Shown here: positions 58,240 through 64,000 of the stretch, one piece after another | Layout: each line of letters opens with the position of its first letter | Position numbering within the stretch: position 1 is the stretch's first letter | NCBI GenBank assembly: GCA_022509085.1 | Contig: JAFLTW010000002.1 | Coordinates: forward strand, 54,455-118,454 | Length of the DNA: 64,000 nt | Direction of reading: 5' to 3' | Origin: Muribaculaceae bacterium | GTDB lineage: Bacteria; Bacteroidota; Bacteroidia; Bacteroidales; Muribaculaceae | Notes under the pieces: model-generated | The model's input: the letters and a program-made list of their open reading frames with translations, nothing else | Told to the model about the DNA's origin: nothing | The model's database searches: none | Made by a program: the position numbers and the translations under genes

Positions 58240-59225
58240 AAAAACTATTAAGTATACTGTCAGCAATACTGTTTGCGGCGACATTCACGGCCTGTGTCAA
58301 CGACCAGCCGGCAACATCGGACAACAGCCCGATGACGATAGACGTGAACAACTACATGCAGAACACGCAGAACATCCACCCCAAGGTGCTCTACTTTCCG
58401 GAGGGGTGGCACGGTTACCGGTTCTGGATGGCCTACACGCCCTATCCCAACGGAGCCGTCGACTGCGAGAACCCCTGCATCGCCGCAAGCCACGACGGGC
58501 TGAACTGGGAAGACCCTAAGGGGCTCTCGAATCCCCTGGCCACGGCACCCGAAGGTGGCTACAACTCGGACACCCACCTCGTATACGACGCGGCGCATGA
58601 CAGACTGGAATGCTGGTGGCGCAAATACAATATCGCCACAACGAGCGACGCCATCTGCCGCCGGGTCTCCGGCAACGGCATAGACTGGGAGCCCGAAGAG
58701 CTGCTGCTCGACTGGCAGACCGACAACCGCCTCTCGCCCACGGTTTGGATCGAAGATGGCAAATACAGAATGATATACAGCAACGGGCGCTTCCTCTATC
58801 ACATTTCCACTCCCGTGGGAAAGGAGAAAAAAGAGTGGAGCGAGCCGGAGAAACTGCCCGTTGACTGGGGCAACCTCGCTGCATGGCACCAAGACCTGAT
58901 TACAGACGAGAATGGCGATCTCGAGATTGTAGTCTGCTGCTATGTGGTGGGAGAGGGCAACAACAATGCCGCCGACCTCTACTACGTGAAAGTGAAGGGT
59001 GACCTGACGGAGGCCACGGCTCCAGCCATGATTCTGCACCGCGGCGAAAACGAGGAAGACTTCGACTGGAGAAGCATCTACCGGTCGTCGATAGTAAAGG
59101 TGGATGGGGAGTATTACATCTATTACAGCTGCATCGGGAAAAACTGGGAGCGCCACATGTCGCTGCTGCGCGGCCCCTCGCCCTTCGAGCTGCGAGGCCT
59201 GACGCGCGACGACATGGGATGGTAG
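58236..59225 (+). CDS. Lipoprotein, putative five-bladed beta-propeller glycoside-hydrolase-like
   Basis: Lipobox FTAC; HPKV...WMAYTPYP...ENPCIA.S.DG..W; repeated S..G..W blades. Confidence 0.6.
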   Translation: MKKLLSILSAILFAATFTACVNDQPATSDNSPMTIDVNNYMQNTQNIHPKVLYFPEGWHGYRFWMAYTPYPNGAVDCENPCIAASHDGLNWEDPKGLSNPLATAPEGGYNSDTHLVYDAAHDRLECWWRKYNIATTSDAICRRVSGNGIDWEPEELLLDWQTDNRLSPTVWIEDGKYRMIYSNGRFLYHISTPVGKEKKEWSEPEKLPVDWGNLAAWHQDLITDENGDLEIVVCCYVVGEGNNNAADLYYVKVKGDLTEATAPAMILHRGENEEDFDWRSIYRSSIVKVDGEYYIYYSCIGKNWERHMSLLRGPSPFELRGLTRDDMGW

Positions 59226-59284
59226 AGAATAAGCCCGTTCCAACGCCAGGCTCCCCCCGAAAGGGCGGGAGAGACCTGAGGAAG

Positions 59285-59325
59285 AAATTTTCCGTTGAAA
59301 TGACGGAAAATTTTTATTAACTTTG
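59285..59325 (+). promoter_or_regulatory. fba -7 box with an 11-bp inverted repeat over the -33 region
   Basis: AAATTTTCCGT (59285-95)/ACGGAAAATTT (59303-13); TAACTTTG 59318-25. Confidence 0.65.
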
Positions 59326-59375
59326 CAGTTCAAACCCACAGACAGGTAACCTAAACTCACAAACAGATAAAAAAG

Positions 59376-60377
59376 ATGGTAGATTTTAAGCAATTAGGTC
59401 TTGTAAACACCCGCGAGATGTTTGCCAAGGCAGTACACGGAGGCTATGCCATACCGGCATTCAATTTCAACAACATGGAGCAGCTCCAAGCCATCATCAA
59501 GGCCGCGGCCGAGACGAAATCGCCCGTGATACTCCAGGTGTCGAAAGGTGCGCGCAACTATGCCAACCCCATCCTGCTTCGCTATATGGCCCAGGGGGCT
59601 GTAGACTACGCCAAATCGCTGGGTTGGGAGCACCCGCAGATTGTGCTTCACCTCGACCACGGCGACTCCTTCGAGCTCTGCAAGGACTGCATCGACCACG
59701 GCTTCTCGTCGGTGATGATCGACGGCAGCCATCTGCCCTTCGAAGAGAATGTGGCGCTGACCAAGAAGGTAGTAGACTACGCCCACAAATATGACGTGAC
59801 GGTAGAGGGAGAGCTCGGCGTGCTCGCCGGCGTGGAAGACGAGGTAAGCTCCGACCACCACACCTACACCGACCCCGAGGAGGTGATAGAATTCGTGGAG
59901 CGCACCGGCTGCGACTCTCTTGCCATCTCGATCGGCACCAGCCACGGCGCCTATAAATTCACCCCCGAGCAGTGCACCCGCGACCCGAAGACCGGCCGTC
60001 TCGTGCCCCCGCCGCTCGCATTCGACGTGCTCGAGGCCGTAGAGAAGAAGCTTCCCGACTTCCCCATCGTGCTCCACGGCTCATCGTCCGTGCCCCAGGA
60101 ATACGTGGACATCATCAACAGCCACGGCGGCAAGCTACCCGATGCCATCGGTATCCCCGAAGAGGAGCTCCGCAAGGCAGCCAAGATGGACGTATGCAAG
60201 ATCAACATCGACTCCGACAGCCGTCTGGCCATGACCGCCGCCATCCGCAAGGTGTTTGAGGAGCAGCCCGGAGAATTCGACCCCCGCAAGTATCTCGGCC
60301 CGGCCCGCGACGAGATGACCAAGCTCTACAAGGAGAAGATCATCAACGTGCTCGGTTCGGAGGGAAAGGCCGAATAA
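59376..60377 (+). CDS. fba: Class II fructose-1,6-bisphosphate aldolase
   Basis: AIPAFNFNN, LHLDHG, SSVMIDGS, VEGELG, IVLHG, KINIDSD. Confidence 0.97.
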   Translation: MVDFKQLGLVNTREMFAKAVHGGYAIPAFNFNNMEQLQAIIKAAAETKSPVILQVSKGARNYANPILLRYMAQGAVDYAKSLGWEHPQIVLHLDHGDSFELCKDCIDHGFSSVMIDGSHLPFEENVALTKKVVDYAHKYDVTVEGELGVLAGVEDEVSSDHHTYTDPEEVIEFVERTGCDSLAISIGTSHGAYKFTPEQCTRDPKTGRLVPPPLAFDVLEAVEKKLPDFPIVLHGSSSVPQEYVDIINSHGGKLPDAIGIPEEELRKAAKMDVCKINIDSDSRLAMTAAIRKVFEEQPGEFDPRKYLGPARDEMTKLYKEKIINVLGSEGKAE

Positions 60378-60417
60378 GGCAAACTCCAAACTTTACAGGC
60401 ACACATAAAGCTGAATA

Positions 60418-61935
60418 ATGAACCTATTCAGTCCGAAACAGATACACGAAATCGACAACGCCACCTGTCACGCTCAAGGGATCGACTCCCTTGAGCTGAT
60501 GGAGCGTGCCGCCTCGGCCGTAAGCGTAGAGCTGATGTCGCGCTTCCTGCCGGGGCAGCGCTTCGTGGTGGTGGCCGGCCCGGGCAACAATGGAGGCGAC
60601 GCCCTCGCCGTGGCCCGGCAGCTCATAGAGCAGGGCTACCGCAAGGTGGAGATCTTCCTCTTCAACGTCACGGAGCGTCTGAGCCACGACTGCGATGAGA
60701 TGCGCAAGAAGCTCATCACCATGGAGGGAGTGGACTTCACGGAGGTGACCAAGGAATTCTCGCCTCCCTATCTGAGCGAGAACGACGTGGTGGTAGACGG
60801 CCTTTTCGGCATAGGCCTGCAGCACGCCCTCTCGGGCGGTTTCCAGGCCCTGGCGTCGCTCATCAACGAGAGCGGAGCCTTCGTTGTCTCCATCGACATC
60901 CCCTCAGGGCTCTTCAGCGAATGGAACACCGTGGCCACCCACCGCGAGATGGTGCACGCAGACCTCACGCTGACATTCCAGTTTCCGAAGCTCTCCTTCA
61001 TGTTTGCGGAGAACGCCCCCGTGATCGGCGAATGGAAAGTGCTCGACATCGACCTTGACAGCCAGAAGATAAAGGAGACCCCCACGGAATTCAAATACGT
61101 GGAGGGCTACATGGTGCGCTCGCACCTCCGGAAGCGCAACCCCTTCACCGGAAAGCGCGACTACGGGTCGGCCCTGCTGATGGCCGGCAGCAAGGGAATG
61201 ATGGGCGCGGCCGTGATGGCCTCGCGCGCGGCTCTGAAGAGCGGATGCGGGCTGGTGACAGTACACTCGGCAGCCGGCGGCTACACCATATTGCAGACCG
61301 CCGTGCCCGAAGCCATGTTTGAGCCCGACCGCAACGACAACTACATTACCGACATGAACCCCCACCACGCCCACCAGGTTGTGGCCGTGGGACCCGGCAT
61401 CGGCACCCACCAGCTTACGATAGACGCGCTGGAGCATCTGCTCAAGAACTCCACGACCCCACTGCTGCTCGACGCCGACGCCCTCAACTGCATAGCCAAG
61501 CGGCCCGCGCTGCTTACGGCGCTACCCCCCTACACCATCATCACGCCCCACGCCGGCGAATTCGACCGCCTCTTCGGAGAGCATCCCAACGACGAGGCAC
61601 GCCTGCGCAAGGCCATCGAGATGGCGAAATACCACAAGATAATCATCGTGCTCAAGGGGCACTACACCGCCTGTGTGCGCCCCGGAGGGAAAGTATTCTT
61701 CAACTCCACGGGCAACCCCGGAATGGCCACTGCCGGCGCCGGCGACGTATTGACGGGCGTCATAGCCGCCTTCATGGCCCAGGGGATGCGACCCGAGATA
61801 GCCGCCTCAGTGGGCGTCTACATCCACGGCCTGGCCGGCGACCTCGCCGCCAGAGAGATAGGCGAATATGGAGTAACGGCCACCGACATTGCCAGCTACG
61901 TGGGTCGAGCCGTGGCCGAGACCGCCAACATTTAA
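60418..61935 (+). CDS. nnr: Bifunctional NAD(P)H-hydrate epimerase/dehydratase
   Basis: GPGNNGGD, DGLFG, DIPSG, TPHAGEF, GNPGMATAGAGDVL. Confidence 0.95.
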   Translation: MNLFSPKQIHEIDNATCHAQGIDSLELMERAASAVSVELMSRFLPGQRFVVVAGPGNNGGDALAVARQLIEQGYRKVEIFLFNVTERLSHDCDEMRKKLITMEGVDFTEVTKEFSPPYLSENDVVVDGLFGIGLQHALSGGFQALASLINESGAFVVSIDIPSGLFSEWNTVATHREMVHADLTLTFQFPKLSFMFAENAPVIGEWKVLDIDLDSQKIKETPTEFKYVEGYMVRSHLRKRNPFTGKRDYGSALLMAGSKGMMGAAVMASRAALKSGCGLVTVHSAAGGYTILQTAVPEAMFEPDRNDNYITDMNPHHAHQVVAVGPGIGTHQLTIDALEHLLKNSTTPLLLDADALNCIAKRPALLTALPPYTIITPHAGEFDRLFGEHPNDEARLRKAIEMAKYHKIIIVLKGHYTACVRPGGKVFFNSTGNPGMATAGAGDVLTGVIAAFMAQGMRPEIAASVGVYIHGLAGDLAAREIGEYGVTATDIASYVGRAVAETANI

Positions 61936-61983
61936 AACACCACCCGCAATCCCGGAAGCACGCCCCCAAACAACCCCACGCAT

Positions 61984-63081
61984 ATGAAGCATCCGAATCC
62001 CATCGCACTCTGCATCGCGGCCGCCTCCATCTGCGTCTTGCCCGCGATGTCGCAGCAGACGAAGATACTCACCGCCGAGAAACACAACGAATACGGCATC
62101 GTCTACTCCCTGCCCACCACCGCCCTGCAGATCAGGGTGACGGCACAGAAAGAGACCCGAAAGGCCGGGCCCTTCAGGCAGTATGCCAAACGATACCTCG
62201 GCACGACCAACGTAGTGGGCGAGGATGCCGTAAGCTGGACCATCACCTCGGTGGAGGTAACCCCCGTAGGGGTGAAAGATGACGACACCAAATACCTGAT
62301 GCAGCTAAAGGCCGGCGCCACCACCTACGTAGGCGTGGCAGGCGACGGCATGCTGCTGAGCATCAACACGCAGCCCGAGGAGACCGAGAGCGACACGGAC
62401 GGCGCCCAGACCAACGTAGCCAGGAGCGTGAGAAACGACGGCGGAGTAGACGACTATCTGCAATACGTGGACATGGACTTCGTGTCGGCGCAGAACAGCA
62501 TGAGGCAGGCAGAGATGGTGGCCAACTCACTGATGGACGTGCGCGACGCCTACCTCTCGCTGACACGAGGCACGGCCGACAACACGCCTACCGACGGGCG
62601 TCAGCTCGAGCTCATGCTCAACTCCCTGCGCCAGCAGGAGAGCGCCCTGACACGCGCCTTCAGCGGCAGCGTAAGCATTGAGGAATACACAGCGCAATAC
62701 ACCTACCTGCCTGAAGAAGACGGCGAGGAGGTGCTCTTCAGGATAAGCGACTTCACCGGACTCACCGGAGCGGAAGACTACAGCGGAGTACCGGTATACA
62801 TCCGTACGGAGGTGATGATGGAGGGCACATTGCCAGTAGACGCCAACGGCGAGACAAAGAAATTCCCCAAAGACGGCGTGGTGTATGCCATACCGGGAAC
62901 GGCCAAGATAACGCTGCAGACCGGCGGCCGGCAGATCTACAGCCGGGAGATGGAATTCGCACAGTTTGGCACCGTCTTCGCCCTCGCCCCCTCGCTCTTC
63001 ACCGACAGGAAAGCCCCGTCGTATGCCCGGTTCAGTCCCGTAACGGGCGCCCTCGAGGAGATAGGTACCGTAAAGGAATAA
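61984..63081 (+). CDS. DUF4831-family protein
   Basis: Signal peptide; GIVYSLP.T, GPF..YA..YLG, AQFG; recognised by motif only. Confidence 0.75.
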   Translation: MKHPNPIALCIAAASICVLPAMSQQTKILTAEKHNEYGIVYSLPTTALQIRVTAQKETRKAGPFRQYAKRYLGTTNVVGEDAVSWTITSVEVTPVGVKDDDTKYLMQLKAGATTYVGVAGDGMLLSINTQPEETESDTDGAQTNVARSVRNDGGVDDYLQYVDMDFVSAQNSMRQAEMVANSLMDVRDAYLSLTRGTADNTPTDGRQLELMLNSLRQQESALTRAFSGSVSIEEYTAQYTYLPEEDGEEVLFRISDFTGLTGAEDYSGVPVYIRTEVMMEGTLPVDANGETKKFPKDGVVYAIPGTAKITLQTGGRQIYSREMEFAQFGTVFALAPSLFTDRKAPSYARFSPVTGALEEIGTVKE

Positions 63082-63094
63082 CCTCACCGGCGGG

Positions 63095-64000
63095 ATGGAC
63101 GCAATGACACAATCCCCCGGGGTGGACGCCATAACCCTGTATGAATATACGGCGCGGATAGGAGCAACCATCCACTCGCAGCCCACGCTGCGCAACGTCT
63201 GGATCACGGCAGAGCTCAGCGACGTGGCCGTGCGCGGAGGCCACTTCTACGCCGACCTCATACAGAAAAACGAGCAGGGAGCCACCGTGGCCCGCATGAG
63301 GGCCAATCTCTGGGCCAGCCAGCACGTGGTCCTGCGAAACAAATACATACGCCAGACCGGCGAAGACCTCCGCAACGGCATCAAGGTGAAGATATGCGGA
63401 GCGGCCAACCACCACAACATATACGGCCTCTCCTTCAACATCACCGACATCGACCCCAGCTATGTGGACGAGGGCGACATCATGCGCCACCGCATGGAGA
63501 TACTCAACAGGATGAAGCAGGAAGGGCTCTTCGACGAGAACCGGCAACTGCCACTTCCGGCCGATACGCAGCGTATCGCCATAATTTCCGCACATGGTGC
63601 GGCCGGACTGGGAGACTTCCTAAACCAGCTGGGGCACAACCCCGACGGCTACCGATTTACCACCGGCTTCTTCGAATCGCCCATGCAGGGCGAGCGTGCC
63701 CCCGGCGGCGTGATGGCCGCTCTGGAGAGGATCAGCGCGGAGGCCGAGCGCTGGGACTGCGTGGTGATAATACGCGGAGGCGGCGCCACGGCCGACATGA
63801 ACTGTTTCGACAACGAGCAGCTGGCACGCAACGTCTGCCTTTTCCCGCTGCCCGTGATTGTCGGCATCGGGCACGAGCGCGACAACTGCGTGCTCGACTA
63901 CATAGCCCACACCCGCTGCAAGACTCCAACGGCCGTAGCGGAATTCCTGGTGAACCATCAGCGCGAGGCATGGCAGCACTCCACGGAGCTCACCAACCGC
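63095..64000 (+). CDS. xseA: Exodeoxyribonuclease VII large subunit, 3'-truncated by window edge
   Basis: Manual translation: VWITAELSDV..RGGHFY, IIRGGG...D, P.P.IVGIGHE.D, KTPTAVA; start 63095 or 63104. Confidence 0.93.
   Translation, partial: MDAMTQSPGVDAITLYEYTARIGATIHSQPTLRNVWITAELSDVAVRGGHFYADLIQKNEQGATVARMRANLWASQHVVLRNKYIRQTGEDLRNGIKVKICGAANHHNIYGLSFNITDIDPSYVDEGDIMRHRMEILNRMKQEGLFDENRQLPLPADTQRIAIISAHGAAGLGDFLNQLGHNPDGYRFTTGFFESPMQGERAPGGVMAALERISAEAERWDCVVIIRGGGATADMNCFDNEQLARNVCLFPLPVIVGIGHERDNCVLDYIAHTRCKTPTAVAEFLVNHQREAWQHSTELTNR

Overview
64-kb window from a GC-rich Bacteroidales chromosome. Muribaculaceae-like is my inference from TAnnTTTG promoters, a SusC/D PUL and short T9SS-type C-terminal tails. 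Contents in order: a tRNA-Ser region with repeat arrays and two accessory ATPase genes; housekeeping genes (obgE, acyltransferase, CBS-nucleotidyltransferase, meaB, two DUF1573 genes); a beta-1,3-glucan PUL (GH128, GH3, GH16, putative binding protein, SusD, SusC, divergent Y_Y_Y/LuxR sensor); tRNA-Pro with a 104-bp duplicated trailer; prfB (programmed +1 frameshift), topA, mrp, pldA; an IR-bounded 336-bp non-coding element; an orphan CI/LexA-like S24 repressor divergent from a phage-like gene; DcaP-like porin, PorZ-like protein, aspA; a ~23-kb Wzx/Wzy capsule region with Wzi; then fba, nnr, DUF4831 and partial xseA. Best novelty candidate: a lower-GC four-helix-bundle/zinc-finger gene (50018-50767) bracketed on both sides by 10-bp-phased CATG arrays and a perfect 16-bp direct repeat, which looks like a compact repeat-bounded cassette. 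Other notable non-coding structure: a 147-bp cruciform with 24-bp perfect TIRs abutting tRNA-Ser, tRNA-derived repeats behind both tRNAs, a 41-bp phased array and a 6S-like rod. All family calls come from motif recognition; no database searches or folding computations were run.
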